64,000 nucleotides of DNA from Bryobacterales bacterium (GCA_963422375.2 OY729428.2:1760001-1824000); one strand, 5' to 3'; shown: positions 44,081 to 56,011, numbered from the stretch's first letter. Notes: generated by a model from the letters alone, not told the origin. Program-made: numbers and translations.

Positions 44081-45934
44081 ATGGTCAAATTCGTGGCGGG
44101 GTGGGCCGGAGCCACCCGGCTCCAGTCCTCGACTGCAGGGGCCGTCGCGCGCCGACTCCCTGCGATCGCCTTGCGACACCGTCTGCTCGGATACGGGCGC
44201 TGCGCACGGCTCGCTTGGTTCCTTGTGGCCGCGGCAGTCTCCGTGTCCGCCCGGCCGGAGATTGTCCTCGGGGATCCCGTGTCGCCGCCCGCGTGGGCCC
44301 TTGCCGAACGCCTGCTACTCGATTCGGCTTCCGCCGGGGTCAGGGAGTTCTACGAGCGCTTCGTCGACCGGCGGGGGTATCTGAAGTGCGTCGAACGCTG
44401 GGGCGGAAACGACGGGGCGGACGACGCTATGGAGAATTTCGGCGGTTGGACGCTGCTGTACGCGCTGGGCGGCAGCCCTGACGCGCTGGAACTGTACCGG
44501 AGGGCTTGGGAAGGGCATCTCCGGCAGTACACGCAGGCGCGCGCTCCCGGCATTGAGATGGCGCGGGACGGCATGTACTGGCGTGAATTCGTCACGTCCT
44601 TCGACTGGGAGCATACCGGCGAGGCCCTCGCGGCGTTTCACATGTACGGTTTGGCAAGGCCGGACGATCCCGCCTATGCAGCTCGCGTGAAGCGATTCGC
44701 GGACTTCTACACCGGCGCGGATCCCGACGCCGACAACTACGACTCGGAACTGAGGATCGTCAAGAGCCTGCACAACGGCAGCCGGGGGGCCAAGCTCTCG
44801 CCTGCGAGCGAGATGGACTGGGGAGGCCTGCCCGTCGCGGACGCCCCCGAGCGGCTCACGCGCTACGCGACGGCGTCCAACATCCGCGGGGACCATCCCC
44901 TCAACCTAGCCGCCACCGCGCTCGGCTTTAATGCCTACGCCCTGACCGGCGACCGCCGCTTCAGGGACTGGGCTGTCGAGTACGCCGGTGCGTGGCGCCT
45001 GCGCGTCATGCGCAACCACGGCAACATCCCCACGAATATCGGCTTGGACGGCGCGATCGGCGGCGAATGGGGCGGCAAGTGGTACGGCGGCGTCTTCGGC
45101 TGGAACTTCTGGCCAGAGTCGAGCGGTCGCAACTACTTCATTCGCGGTCCGCGGATTGCGTTCGGCATCGGCGCTCTGCTCACGGGCGATACCGGCTTTC
45201 TCGAGCCTCTGCGACGGCAGGTCGCCAACCTTTACGCGGCGAGGAAGGTCGTCGACGGCCGGGTCCTGCTTCCGAGAAAGCACGGCGACGATGGCTTCTA
45301 CGGCTACGCGGATGGCCAGCACTTGGACGTGCAGCGCGACGTCTACTTGTTCACTCTGGATCGCAGCCTGCTCGACGGCCTTGCCGGTGACCCGTGGATT
45401 CGATTCCTGGACGGCAGCAACCCGGACTATCCGCTGCGGGCGCTGGGCGGCGATATCTCCTCGGTCCGGTCGCGCCTTGCAAGAATGCGAGCCGACGACT
45501 CCGTTGATTACGAGAGGTCGTCGGATTACACGCAGCGCTTCAATCCAGCGGCAACCGACTCATTGGTCGAGCTCGCGCTGGGCGCGAACCCGCCGGGGCG
45601 GTCCGGCAACATTCTCCACGCCCGCCTGTTCTACTTCGATCCGGCGGGTGATCGTCCGGGGCTGCCGGACCGCGTTGCCGCCTTGGTGGACCGGATCGAC
45701 TCCTCAGGCGTCCGTGTCCGGCTGGTGAATCTCGACTCGACGCGGGCTCGGCGGGTTGTCCTCCAAGCCGGAGCATACGGCGAGCACTCCTTCGACCTTG
45801 TCCGTTCCGGCGGCGCTGAGATTCAAATTGACGGCAGCCGCATGGAGGTCCTCTTGGGGCCAGGGGCGGGTGGCTCTCTGGACATAGGCATGGATCTCTT
45901 CGCCAACCAGCCCTCGTTTCGGCGAGTGCCGTGA
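44081..45934 (+). CDS. Conserved hypothetical protein (start uncertain)
   Basis: Long ORF with host-like codon usage; ERWGGNDGADDAMEN, DWEHTGE, NIPTNIGLDG..WYGGVFGW, GLPDRVAALV, QAGAYGEH. Confidence 0.75.
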   Translation: MVKFVAGWAGATRLQSSTAGAVARRLPAIALRHRLLGYGRCARLAWFLVAAAVSVSARPEIVLGDPVSPPAWALAERLLLDSASAGVREFYERFVDRRGYLKCVERWGGNDGADDAMENFGGWTLLYALGGSPDALELYRRAWEGHLRQYTQARAPGIEMARDGMYWREFVTSFDWEHTGEALAAFHMYGLARPDDPAYAARVKRFADFYTGADPDADNYDSELRIVKSLHNGSRGAKLSPASEMDWGGLPVADAPERLTRYATASNIRGDHPLNLAATALGFNAYALTGDRRFRDWAVEYAGAWRLRVMRNHGNIPTNIGLDGAIGGEWGGKWYGGVFGWNFWPESSGRNYFIRGPRIAFGIGALLTGDTGFLEPLRRQVANLYAARKVVDGRVLLPRKHGDDGFYGYADGQHLDVQRDVYLFTLDRSLLDGLAGDPWIRFLDGSNPDYPLRALGGDISSVRSRLARMRADDSVDYERSSDYTQRFNPAATDSLVELALGANPPGRSGNILHARLFYFDPAGDRPGLPDRVAALVDRIDSSGVRVRLVNLDSTRARRVVLQAGAYGEHSFDLVRSGGAEIQIDGSRMEVLLGPGAGGSLDIGMDLFANQPSFRRVP

Positions 45935-46062
45935 ATTGGGGCCGGGCCGGGGCTGCTTCGGACCTGCGTGCGCCGCAGCGCTGCCGCACGCCTGCGCTAC
46001 CCGCGCCCGACCCGCGACTCGGTCAGCTGCTGACGCCGACGCGACCGTGTGCCCGGCCGCCC

Positions 46063-48444
46063 TTACGGCTCGCTGCCGGAGGCGATGAAGTCGCGGTGCC
46101 GCTCGACAGCCTCGAGAATCGCAGCGACCGTCTGGGGCTCGCGGTCGGCAACGTCCCAGCGCTCGCCCGCATCCGTGCTGAGGTCGAACAGGAGGGGATG
46201 ATCATGCTTCCGGTTATTGGCGTATCCGCGCCACCCGATCTGCCTCTCGGTGCCCAGGGACTCCCACGACTCGAAGTCCAGCTTGTGACTCCCGACGCGG
46301 GCGGCCCAGAGGTTGCCCGGCTGGCCGTAGTAGAACCATTCAGTCCGGGCGCTCGGCTCTCCGCTCAAGAGCGTCGGCGAGAGGTCGAGCGAGTCAAGCC
46401 CGGAGGTCTCCGGCAGCGGTGCGCCCGCAATCGACGAGACGGTGGCCAGCAGGGCGACGTTGACGTCGATCCCGTCGATGACCGCCGGGCGGACGCGGCC
46501 AGGCCACCAGAAGATCGCGGGGACGCGGAAGCCGCCCTCCCACGACGTGATCTTGCCGTCCCTGAGGTGGCCGGACGATCCGCCGAGATCGGTCCGTTGT
46601 CGCTGCTGAACCAAACCACGGTGTCCCCCGCGACGCCCAAATCCTCCAGGGCCCTGGTGATTGCTCCCACGGACCAGTCGAGTTCCTCGATCACGTCGCC
46701 GTACATGCCGGCGCTGCTGCGGTCCTCGAATTCCGGCGAGCGGAAAAGGGGCACGTGCGGCATGCTGTTTGCAGGGAACAGGAAGAACGGCGAGTCGCCT
46801 TGCTCGCGGATCCACCGGACCGATTCCTCGGTGTAGCGCTTGGTTAGCGTCGGCTGGTGGGCGGGAGTTTCGATCGCCGCGCGCTGGCGGTAGAGGGTGA
46901 TCGGGAAGTCCGCGCTGGTCGAGTTCCGGATGTTCTCATAGGTCCGCTCGAAGCCTTCCCGTAGCGGAGCGTCGTTGCTGCCGACCAGTCCGAAGAAGTA
47001 GTCGAAGCCTTGGTCGTTGGGATGCGCTCCCCGGTAGTCGAACCGGGCGCTGAGGCTCCACTTGCCCACGTACGCCGTGGAGTAGCCGGGCCCTTGAGCG
47101 TTTCGGCGAGCGTGACTTCGCTGTCGGGCACGTCGGCCCACCTGTTCCTGCCGTCGCCGTGAATGCGGATCGGCATCCGCCCTGTCAGCAGCGCCACGCG
47201 GCTCGGGTTGCACAACGGCGCCGAGGCGTAGAACGAGGTCCCCCGCTGCCCCGCCGGGGTCCGTGCCCGGGGTGCCGCCGGGCGCGCGCCGGGCCTCGAC
47301 GGCCGCCCGCAACGGGGCCGCGCGCCGCTCCGGCACCGCGTTCTTCTGCAGGCACGCCACGCACTCCAGGCCCTCGCGCTCGCCATAGGCCGGCAGCTCG
47401 TCCCCTTGGAGGCCCGCGTCCAGGCGCAGGCGCAGCGTCGTCCGCGGGAAGAATTCCCGCAGCAGCGGCAGCAAGCGCTCCAGCAGCGGCAGCAAGCCCT
47501 CCGCGGCCGTGCCCGAGCGCAGCAGCGCCGCCGCGAGATGCCGCTCGCGCTCGTCGTCGAAGCGCACCGCGCCCGCCAGCGACAAGTAGCAATGCGTGTC
47601 GTAGAAGCCGTTGCACAGCGCCAGCTGCCGGCCCCCGTGCGTCGGCTCGCAGGCCGGGTCGAAGTCCGGCTCGACGATGCTGGTCTCGGGGCGCCGCTCG
47701 TGCCGGCGCCGCACGACGCAGCGGGCCGGCACCGCGGACAGCGCGCTCGGCGCGTCCGCGGTGACGGCGTTCTCGAAGCGCGACAGGGTGGGCCGGGACG
47801 GCAGGTCGCGACCCTGCCAGGGGTCGCGCCCGAGCGGCAGCTTGAACACGGGGTCGCCGCCGAGGCGCCCGGCGTCGTGGCAGTCCTCCTAGCCGCGGGC
47901 GAGGCCGTGGACGCGCTGGCGGAGCCTGTCGGCGAGGGAGTGGAGCACCTTGGAGACCTTGGAGGGCTGGCGCCGGTCGCGCAGGCAGCCGGCGAACGCC
48001 GCGGTGAGGCCGGGAGCGCGGTCGGCGGCCTCGACCGGGACAGCGCCGCCGTCGGAGCTGCTGCGCTCGTGATCGAAGCGGACGGCGACGGGGCGACGGC
48101 GCGGATTGCGGAACGGAACGCCTTGGGAGCCTGCGGATGCGACCATGCATTCATTATAACCTACCGGATGAAAACAATTTCAGCGTATAAACTTGGATCT
48201 CAATCGGACCGGGCCGGGGCTGCCGCCGGGGATCGCAGGGCACTCCTAGGAGTGAGGATCACGCTGGACCGTGGGCCCTCACGGCCCGGGCGGAGGGACC
48301 GGACTATGGCCCTCCGGGCTACTCATGAATTATCCGGGCTAGGGCGAGGGCCAGGCATGCTGCTCCGGCTCGCTGCAACGGCCGACCCGCGAGGAAGCGG
48401 AGGGCAAGCGCGATTGCCGCGTGGATTGCGTGGGAATGCTGCAT
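46063..48444 (-). pseudogene. Sulfatase pseudogene interrupted by an IS1380 remnant, with further frameshifts
   Basis: Leader 48339-48444 (MQHS...ACLALALA); resumes near 47255 with CNPSRVALLTGR, GKW, PHVPL, SDNGP, WEGGFRVP, LFDLSTD.GE in changing frames. Confidence 0.82.
47256..48338 (-). mobile_element. IS1380-family element, 3'-truncated, transposase pseudogene
   Basis: End CCCGGATAATTCATGA next to CTAG (48339-48342); SSDGGA, RQRVHGLARG*ED, DPVFK, SRPTLSRFEN, NGFYD, RLDAG. Confidence 0.85.
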
Positions 48445-48520
48445 GGGTTCGCCGCCGGGCCGGGACGGCTCTCGCAACAGTATGGCCGGAGCCGGCCGCC
48501 CCCTTTCCCCGAGGGCGGGC

Positions 48521-49972
48521 CTACGGGGTGAGCACCGCGGGTCGCGGGGAATCCACCCTGCCCGGAGGCCGCTGGCCGCTGCCTCGCGCCTCGCCGTCTC
48601 CGAGCACCGCCCGAGCCCGCTCCGCAACCGTCATCAGGTGCTCGACCACCTCGGGCCGGCTGCTGGCTAGGTCGCTCTCGCTGCCGGGGTCATCCGCCAG
48701 GTTGAACAGCAGGGGTCGGCCAAGGTCTCCGTCCGGGAAATGGGGATGGCGCGTGCCGGGCCGCTGCAGCGGCAGGAACAGCTTCCACGGCCCTGAGCGG
48801 ACCGCGTGGAGGGTGTCCTCGTGGTAGTAGTAGAGATCCCGGCGCGGGGAGCGGGCCCGGCCCCGGCCGATCAGCGCGTCGGTCACGTCAAGCCCGTCAA
48901 TTTCGCGGCCCTCCGGAACCTGCGTGCCGGACAGCGCGGCGAACGTCGGCAGCATGTCGATCAGGCTGATGAGCTCGTCGCTCTCCGTGCCAGCCAGGAT
49001 GGTGCCCGGCCACCACGCGATCGCGGGAACGCGAAAAGCCCCCTCCGCGGTGGTATAGCCGCGCCCGTGCAGCGGACGGTTGCTGCCTCGCGCTCGGCTG
49101 GCCGGATCCGCCGCCAGCGGGGCGCCGTTGTCGGAGGTCCAAAGCACCAGCGTGCCGCGGTCGAGACCGGTCTCTTCCAGCTTGCCGAGGATCTGGCCGG
49201 TCGACCAGTCGAGTTCCTCCACGGCGTCGCCCCACGCCCCGTTGCGGCTATTCCCGCGAAAGCCGTCGCTGGCGAACGGGACTCGCTCGCTGCCCGGCAT
49301 CGCGTGCGACAGGAACAGGAAGAACGGGCGGTCCCGGTTCGTCTCTATATATCCGAGCGCGCGCTCCGTGTAGCGCTTGGTAAGGAGGTTCCGGTCCGCG
49401 GGAGCCTCGACGACGCGCTCGCCCTCCATCAGGGGCAGCGGCGGCCATCGGTCGCTTTCGAAGCGCTCGGAGGCCCGCCCGCGCCGCTGCGTCATGTCGT
49501 CGCTGTAGGGAATCCCGAAGTACGAATCGAAGCCGTGCCTGGTCGGCAGGAAGGCCGGCTGGTCTCCTAGGTGCCACTTGCCGATCATCGCGGTCGCGTA
49601 CCCGCGCGCCCGGAGCAGCTCCGCGACCGTGGTCTCGCCGGCGTCGAGCCCGTAGGGCGAGACCGGCCGCAGCACGTGACCGTCCCGCGGCGTCCTGTGC
49701 AGCCCGACGCGCTGCGCGTAGCAGCCCGTCATGAAGCTCGCCCTCGACGGCGTGCAGACGCCTGCACTCGCGTAGAAGTGGGTCAGGCGGCGGCCCTCGC
49801 GGGCCATGCGCTCGAGGTGCGGCGTGCGGTGGAGGGTGGACCCGAACGGCTCCGTGTCCCCGTAGCCCAGGTTGTCGCACAGCAGCACGACGATATTGGG
49901 CGGCCGCTCCGGATCCGCGGAGCACCCGGCCAACGCGAGCGCGGACAGAGCGCGGGCGAGAGCGCTGGTCAC
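48521..49972 (-). CDS. Arylsulfatase (Cys-type, lipoprotein signal)
   Basis: GTG overlaps the upstream stop; LAGC, PNIVVLLCDNLGYGD, CTPSRASFMTG, GKWHLG, SDNG. Confidence 0.92.
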   Translation of the reverse strand: MTSALARALSALALAGCSADPERPPNIVVLLCDNLGYGDTEPFGSTLHRTPHLERMAREGRRLTHFYASAGVCTPSRASFMTGCYAQRVGLHRTPRDGHVLRPVSPYGLDAGETTVAELLRARGYATAMIGKWHLGDQPAFLPTRHGFDSYFGIPYSDDMTQRRGRASERFESDRWPPLPLMEGERVVEAPADRNLLTKRYTERALGYIETNRDRPFFLFLSHAMPGSERVPFASDGFRGNSRNGAWGDAVEELDWSTGQILGKLEETGLDRGTLVLWTSDNGAPLAADPASRARGSNRPLHGRGYTTAEGAFRVPAIAWWPGTILAGTESDELISLIDMLPTFAALSGTQVPEGREIDGLDVTDALIGRGRARSPRRDLYYYHEDTLHAVRSGPWKLFLPLQRPGTRHPHFPDGDLGRPLLFNLADDPGSESDLASSRPEVVEHLMTVAERARAVLGDGEARGSGQRPPGRVDSPRPAVLTP

Positions 49973-51411
49973 GCGAACATGTCCGAGATAACCGACCCGC
50001 CGAAGTCGGTGAGCTTCTCGTGGCGGCCGTTGTGCAGGTACCACAGCCGGTCCTGGTCGAGACCCAGGGCATGCAGGATCGTGGCGTGGAAGTCGCGCAT
50101 GGCGAACGGCCTGTCGACCGCCCGCAACCCGAACTCGTCGGTTCCGCCGATGGCCTGGCCTCCGCGGACCCCGCCGCCGGCGAACCACATGGTGAAGCCG
50201 TGGGGGTTGTGGTCCCGGCCGTTGCCGCTCTCCGAGGTCGGCAGGCGGCCGAACTCGGCTCCCCAGATCACGAGCGTCCTGCCGAGCAGGCCGCGCTGCT
50301 TGAGGTCGTCGAGCAGTGCCGCCACCGGCTGGTCGCTGTGGCCGGCCATCTTCTCGTGATTCGCCTTGAGATGCTTGTGCGCGTCCCACTGCATGCTGAG
50401 CGGTCCGCCGCCAGAGTAAATCTGGATGAACCGGACGCCTCGCTCGACCAGCCTGCGAGCGAGCAGCAGCCGCGTGCCGAATTCCCGCGTGCGCTCCTGA
50501 TCCAGCCCGTACGCCCGCTTGGTTGCCAGCGCCTCCTGCGACAGGTCGACCGCTTCGGGCGCGTGCGACTGCATGCGGAAGGCCAGCTCGTAGGCCGCGA
50601 CGCGGGCCTGCATTTCGCTGTCGAAGTCCCCGGCGTCGGCCTCGTTCATCGATTGGAGCAGATCCAGCATCGCTCGCTGGCGCTCGACGGTCATCCCCTC
50701 GGGCGGCTTGAGGTGGAGAATCGGGTGCGGCCCCGGCCGCAGCAGCGTGCCTTGGAAGACCGACGGCAGGAAGCCCTGGCTCCAGCAGGACGTGCCCCCT
50801 TCCGGCGTGCCCTCCGGCTGGGGCATCACCACGTAGGCCGGCAGGTTCTCGGTGACCGATCCGAGACCGTAGGTGACCCACGAGCCGATGCTGGGATGCG
50901 TCGCGAACAAGCGGCCGTTATGCACTTCGTACATCGCCGGGGCATGCACCACGCTATTCGTGGTGAACGACCGCACGAAGCAGATGTCGTCGACGTGCCG
51001 GGCGACGTTGGGAAACAGCTCGGACACGGGCATCCCGCTCTCTCCGTGACGCTGGAATTCCCACGGGCAGGGGAGGATCGGGTTGCTGCCGTCCGTGAAC
51101 TGACCGCCCACCGTGCCGAAGCTCTCCGGCATCGCCTCGCCGGCGCGCTCGCCGAGCAGGGGCTTGGGGTCGAACGTGTCCATCGAGCTCGGCGCGCCGA
51201 CGTTGAAGATGAAGATGACCGCCTCGGCGCTGGCCTCGAAGTGCGGCTCCTTGCGTCGCAGGGGATTCTGCGCCTGATCCGCGGAGCAAGTTCCGGAGAG
51301 GAGGTGCTGCAGGGCGATCGCGCCGAAGCCGTTGGCGGCGCCGAAGAGAAGGTCCCGTCGGGAGAGGGCGCGGGGGATGCCGCCAGGGTTAGGGCCGGTA
51401 CACGAATTCAT
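49969..51411 (-). CDS. DUF1501 family protein
   Basis: SRRDLL, GAPSSMDTFDPK, LLARRLVERGVRF, AEFGRLP, GRDHNP. Confidence 0.92.
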   Translation of the reverse strand: MNSCTGPNPGGIPRALSRRDLLFGAANGFGAIALQHLLSGTCSADQAQNPLRRKEPHFEASAEAVIFIFNVGAPSSMDTFDPKPLLGERAGEAMPESFGTVGGQFTDGSNPILPCPWEFQRHGESGMPVSELFPNVARHVDDICFVRSFTTNSVVHAPAMYEVHNGRLFATHPSIGSWVTYGLGSVTENLPAYVVMPQPEGTPEGGTSCWSQGFLPSVFQGTLLRPGPHPILHLKPPEGMTVERQRAMLDLLQSMNEADAGDFDSEMQARVAAYELAFRMQSHAPEAVDLSQEALATKRAYGLDQERTREFGTRLLLARRLVERGVRFIQIYSGGGPLSMQWDAHKHLKANHEKMAGHSDQPVAALLDDLKQRGLLGRTLVIWGAEFGRLPTSESGNGRDHNPHGFTMWFAGGGVRGGQAIGGTDEFGLRAVDRPFAMRDFHATILHALGLDQDRLWYLHNGRHEKLTDFGGSVISDMFA

Positions 51412-53563
51412 TGCGGTTCAGCAGGGCGAGGGAGAAGTCGCGGAGCCCTTCGGGCCGCGACGCGAGGAACGCACTCGCCAGCCGCTCCTCCTCCGCCGTG
51501 GGCCGCCGCGCGAGCGTCAGCTCGTACGCCCGGGGCACTAGGCAGGCCGCGCCGCTGCTGGCGCAGTCGCGGCGCAGTCGCCGGGCGAGGGTCCGGGACT
51601 GGTCCTGCATGAGGTCGCTGTTGAGCAGGCTCAGCGACTGCAGGGCGTGCGTAGAGGTCTGCCGTACCGAGCAAGAGGTCATCGTGTCGGGCTGGTCGAA
51701 GTTGGCGAGGAAGGGCAGCCGCACGGTGCGCTTGTTCAGCAGGTACAGGCTGCGCCGGTCGTGCTGCGCCAGGTCGGGAGTCACGGGCCAGAGGTTGTCC
51801 GGCTCCGCCTCGGTGAAGATCAGGTCGTAGACCTCCTGCTCGATCGGGATCCGGACCGGCCTGCCGCCGACGGAGCGGTTGAGCCGTCCCGACGCCGCGA
51901 GGGCGCTGTCCCGGATCGCCTCGCCGGAGAGGCGGCGGCGGTGGGCTCGCCAGTACCGGGAGTTATCGGGGTCCGCCGCGGCCTTGGCTGGGTCGACCGC
52001 CGCGGACTGGCGGTAGGCGCTCGAGAGAGCGATGGCTCGGTCCATGGCCTTGACGCTCCATCCCTCGCGGACGAACCGCGCCCCCAGCTCGTCGAGCAGG
52101 GCCGGGTGCGTCGGAAGACCGCCCAGCAGGCCGAAGTTGTTCGGGTCGGACACGAGCCCGCGTCCCATGCGGTACTCCCAGATGCGGTTGGCCATGACGC
52201 GGGCGGTAAGAGGGTGCCTATCATCGGTCAGCCACATCGCCAGAGCCGCTCGCCGACCCGAAGGTCCGTCAGGCACGTCAACGCCGAGCGAGCCCAGGAC
52301 CGCTGGGAACCCGGGCGTGACGGGATCGCCCTTGCGGCGGTAGTCGCCTCCGCCCAGGATGAACGTCCCGGGCGCCTCGTCCATGTTCTCTACCGCGAAC
52401 GCGGCCCGCGGCGGCGGGGGCTTGCGCAGCTCCAGCTCGTGCATCCGCTGGCGGAGGGCCGCCCGGCGGTCCCTGACAGCGGGGGGCATGAGCGGTACGA
52501 TCTCGTACCAGACCGGCTTGACCTGCGAGTCGGCCTCCTTGGCGAGCCGGGCCTGCTCCTCGTCCCGGCGGTCTTCGGAGACCTCCAAAGCCTTCGCATG
52601 CCGCGGCTCCAAGGCGGCGCGCTTGCGGGCCCGGACCCGCTCGTTGAAGGGGGCTTCGATGGCCTTCAGCCGGTCCTGGATGGGCTTGAGCAGGGCCTCG
52701 TGCTCCTTGACCGACGCTTCGTACGCTTCGGTCTCGTCCACGGTCGCGATCGGGACGTCCTTGAGTTCGGTCGCGCCGAAGAACGCCTCCAGCCGGTAGT
52801 AGTCCTCCTGCGTGATCGGGTCGAACTTGTGGTCGTGGCAGCGGGCGCACTGCACGGTCAGTCCGAGCATCGCCTGTCCCACGCCCAGCGCCATCTCCGT
52901 GACGACCTCTTGGCGCGCCTCTGCCTTGTCCTGGTTCCCGGACGTGACGTGGCGTGGGCCCGCCCCGTGGAAGCCCGTGGCTAGCAGCGCGGACTCGTCG
53001 CCCGGGTAGAGCTCGTCGCCCGCCACCTGCTCCCGCACGAAACGGTTGAACGGCTTGTCCTCGTTGAAGGATCGCACCACGTAGTCGCGATACCGCCAGC
53101 CGTGCTCCCGATAGCCGTCGCGCTCGAAGCCGTCGGTGTCGGCGAAGCGGACCACGTCGAGCCACTTCTGCGCCCAGCGCTCGCCGTAGTGCGGGGAGGC
53201 GAGCAGGGAGTCGACCAGCCGCTCGTAGGCGAGCGACGACGGGTCCTCTAGGAAGGCGGCGGCCTGGGCCGGAGCGGGCGGCAGGCCGGTCAGGTCCAGG
53301 CACACGCGGCGGAGCAGGCGCTCCGGCGCCGCTTCGGGCGACGGGCCGAGTCCGCCGGACTGCAGGCCCGCCCAGACGAGGGCGTCCAATGCCGTCCGCG
53401 CCCAAGGCGAGCCCGCCGTCGGCGCCGGTGCCCGCGCGGGCGGCCGGAAGGCCCAGTACTCGCGGACGCCCTCCGGGATGTCGGCGCCCGTCGCGACCGG
53501 CAGGCAGGCAGTGCCCGTCGCCGCAAGGACCACGAACGCCGCCCGCATCGGCCTCACGCCCAC
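51389..53563 (-). CDS. DUF1549/DUF1553 (PSD1) protein
   Basis: YGERWAQKWLDVVRFADT, CARCHDHKFDPI, PLTARVMANRIW, LLNRNEF. Confidence 0.9.
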   Translation of the reverse strand: MGVRPMRAAFVVLAATGTACLPVATGADIPEGVREYWAFRPPARAPAPTAGSPWARTALDALVWAGLQSGGLGPSPEAAPERLLRRVCLDLTGLPPAPAQAAAFLEDPSSLAYERLVDSLLASPHYGERWAQKWLDVVRFADTDGFERDGYREHGWRYRDYVVRSFNEDKPFNRFVREQVAGDELYPGDESALLATGFHGAGPRHVTSGNQDKAEARQEVVTEMALGVGQAMLGLTVQCARCHDHKFDPITQEDYYRLEAFFGATELKDVPIATVDETEAYEASVKEHEALLKPIQDRLKAIEAPFNERVRARKRAALEPRHAKALEVSEDRRDEEQARLAKEADSQVKPVWYEIVPLMPPAVRDRRAALRQRMHELELRKPPPPRAAFAVENMDEAPGTFILGGGDYRRKGDPVTPGFPAVLGSLGVDVPDGPSGRRAALAMWLTDDRHPLTARVMANRIWEYRMGRGLVSDPNNFGLLGGLPTHPALLDELGARFVREGWSVKAMDRAIALSSAYRQSAAVDPAKAAADPDNSRYWRAHRRRLSGEAIRDSALAASGRLNRSVGGRPVRIPIEQEVYDLIFTEAEPDNLWPVTPDLAQHDRRSLYLLNKRTVRLPFLANFDQPDTMTSCSVRQTSTHALQSLSLLNSDLMQDQSRTLARRLRRDCASSGAACLVPRAYELTLARRPTAEEERLASAFLASRPEGLRDFSLALLNRNEFVYRP

Positions 53564-53707
53564 ATTATAGTCGCGGCGTTCCTGGAGCGGGCGGCATCCG
53601 TACGGCCCGTGCGCCCGTTGCGGGACGCAATCGCGCCCGAAGTGCTAGCTTGAAAGTTCCTGATCCGCTCTAGGTCGCTTCCAGCCGACCGCGATGGGAA
53701 GCGAACA

Positions 53708-56011
53708 ATGACCGGCGGCACGTCAGGGGCGAAGGTTCCGGCCTACGCCCGCGCGGTTGTCGCGATCCCGGTTGCGCTGTTTGCCTGGTTCTGCACGATG
53801 GTCCCGCAAGTCGCGGGCGGGGCGTCCCTCTATTGGGAGGTCCGGTGGCTGCCCCAGCAGGGTATCGCTCTAGGATTCCACGTCGACGGCCTCGCGCTGC
53901 TCTTCGCGCTCCTGATCACGGGCATCGGCAGCTTCATCCTGCTCTACGCGAGCGAGTACATGCGAGGGCAGGCGCATGTGGGCCGCTTCACGGCATTCCT
54001 TGTCTCGTTCATGCTCGCGATGCTCGGCCTCGTGCTGTCCGACAATCTAGTCGGCCTGTTCGTCTTCTGGGAGCTGACCGCGGTCACCTCGTTCCTGCTG
54101 ATCGGTTACTCGCACGAGGAGGCGACGGCGCGCCGCGCGGCCCTGCAGGGGCTGCTCGTGACTGGCGCGGGCGCGCTGGCTATGCTGGCGGGCTTCGTCC
54201 TCTTGGGCGAGGCGGCGGGGACCTACAGCCTGCGCGAGATGCTGGCCGGCGCGGGCTTGGCCGATCACCCCAGCTACGCCGCGATCCTGGCGCTGGTGCT
54301 GGCCGGGGCGTTCACGAAGTCGGCGCAGTTCCCGTTCCATTTCTGGCTGCCGAACGCGATGGCGGCGCCGACCCCCGTGTCCGCCTACCTCCACTCGGCA
54401 ACCATGGTGAAGGCCGGCGTGTTCCTCTTGGCGCGGGTCAGCCCCATTCTCGGCGGGACCGCGGAGTGGGCCGCGGTCCTGACGGGTGTCGGGGCCTTCA
54501 CGGCGGTCTACTCGGCGGCCGTGGCGCTGACGCGAACCGACCTCAAGCAGGTCTTGGCCTATTCGACGGTCATGGCCCTCGGCACCTGCGTGATGTTCAT
54601 CGGGCTTCCGCCCGGCGACGGCTTCGCGCCGGGGGCGCTCGCGGCGGTCACTGCGGTCTTTGTTCACGCGCTCTACAAGGCGGCGCTGTTCATGGCGGCC
54701 GGCACGATCGACCGCGCGACGGGCACGCGCGACCTGCGCGCGCTCGGCGGCCTGGGGAGGGCGATGCCCCTGACGTTCGCGGCGTCCGCCTTGGCGTCCC
54801 TCTCGATGGCCGGCGCGCCGCCGTTCCTAGGCTTCCTCGGCAAGGAGATGCTGTACTCGACCGCGCTCGACTCGCCGGCGGGGCTCTGGGCCGTGGCGGC
54901 CGTGTTTCTCGCCAGCGCTATGATCGTCACGGTCGCCCTGCTGGTGGGCGCGTTCCCTTTCGCCGGGCGGCGCGAGACGGCCCGGCGCGAGCCGCGCGAG
55001 GGACGCTGGCCGCTGTGGGTCGGCTCACTGACGTTGGGCGCTTGCGCGTTGATCGGCGGCCTGTGGGCACCCGCTGCCTTCGACTCCCTGCTGCTGCCGG
55101 CGGCCTCCGCGGTCGCGGGCCGGGGCTTGGAATTCCATCCCCACCTCTGGCCCGGCATGAAGCCCGAGGTCCTGCTGTCCGCCGCGACTCTCGCCGTCGG
55201 GGTGATCGTGTACTGGCGGCGCGCAGCGCTGCTCGCGGGCCTGGGACGGGCGCTCGCGCTGATTCCCGTCACCGGGGACCGATCGTACGACGCCTCCATG
55301 GCAGGCATCGCCCGCCTTGCGGCGTGGCACACGCGCTGGGTCCAGTGCGGCACCCACCGCCGCTACATCCTCGTCGTGTTCGGCACGCTCGGCGTCGGCC
55401 TCGCCGCGGCGATCGCCGTAAAGGGGGTGGCCTCGTGGCCGACGGGCCTGCCCGGCGCCAGCGCGGTCGAGTGGACGCTGGCGGCCATGATCGCGGCGTC
55501 GGCGCTCGTCACGATCCGGGCGCGCTCGCGCCTGCTGGCGATTTGCGCTCTCGGCGTCGTCGGGACGGGCGCGGCCCTCGTGTTCGCCCTGTACGGCGCA
55601 CCGGATGTCGCCCTGACGCAGCTGATGGTCGAGACGCTGGTCGTGGTGATCGTCGCCATGGTGCTGCTCAAGCTGCCCGATTTCCGGGGCGAGGTGCGTC
55701 AGACTTGGACCGGGCGCTGGCGCGACGGCATCGTCGCCGTCACGGTAGGGCTTGCGATCACGCTCGTGCTGCTGGCCGTGCTGGCGGAGCCGAAGAGCCG
55801 GGACCTGACGGCGTACTTCGAGCGGACGGCCCTGCCCGAGGGCTTCGGGCGGAACGTCGTCAACGTGATTCTCGTCGACTTCCGCGGGCTCGACACGCTC
55901 GGCGAGATCACCGTCCTGGCGGTGGCGTCGATGGCGGGCTTCGCCCTGATCCGCTGGCGCGCGATCCGCCCGGCACGACGGGCCGCGGCGCGGGCGGAGG
56001 GCCGGCCGTGA
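53708..56011 (+). CDS. mrpA: Mrp Na+/H+ antiporter subunit A
   Basis: [58 protein letters not shown]. Confidence 0.95.
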   Translation: MTGGTSGAKVPAYARAVVAIPVALFAWFCTMVPQVAGGASLYWEVRWLPQQGIALGFHVDGLALLFALLITGIGSFILLYASEYMRGQAHVGRFTAFLVSFMLAMLGLVLSDNLVGLFVFWELTAVTSFLLIGYSHEEATARRAALQGLLVTGAGALAMLAGFVLLGEAAGTYSLREMLAGAGLADHPSYAAILALVLAGAFTKSAQFPFHFWLPNAMAAPTPVSAYLHSATMVKAGVFLLARVSPILGGTAEWAAVLTGVGAFTAVYSAAVALTRTDLKQVLAYSTVMALGTCVMFIGLPPGDGFAPGALAAVTAVFVHALYKAALFMAAGTIDRATGTRDLRALGGLGRAMPLTFAASALASLSMAGAPPFLGFLGKEMLYSTALDSPAGLWAVAAVFLASAMIVTVALLVGAFPFAGRRETARREPREGRWPLWVGSLTLGACALIGGLWAPAAFDSLLLPAASAVAGRGLEFHPHLWPGMKPEVLLSAATLAVGVIVYWRRAALLAGLGRALALIPVTGDRSYDASMAGIARLAAWHTRWVQCGTHRRYILVVFGTLGVGLAAAIAVKGVASWPTGLPGASAVEWTLAAMIAASALVTIRARSRLLAICALGVVGTGAALVFALYGAPDVALTQLMVETLVVVIVAMVLLKLPDFRGEVRQTWTGRWRDGIVAVTVGLAITLVLLAVLAEPKSRDLTAYFERTALPEGFGRNVVNVILVDFRGLDTLGEITVLAVASMAGFALIRWRAIRPARRAAARAEGRP

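Noticed and set aside
46365..47849. Transposase-sulfatase fusion as a functional novel protein
   Set aside because: Deletion junction between two pseudogenes; the sulfatase catalytic CxPxR motif is in another frame.
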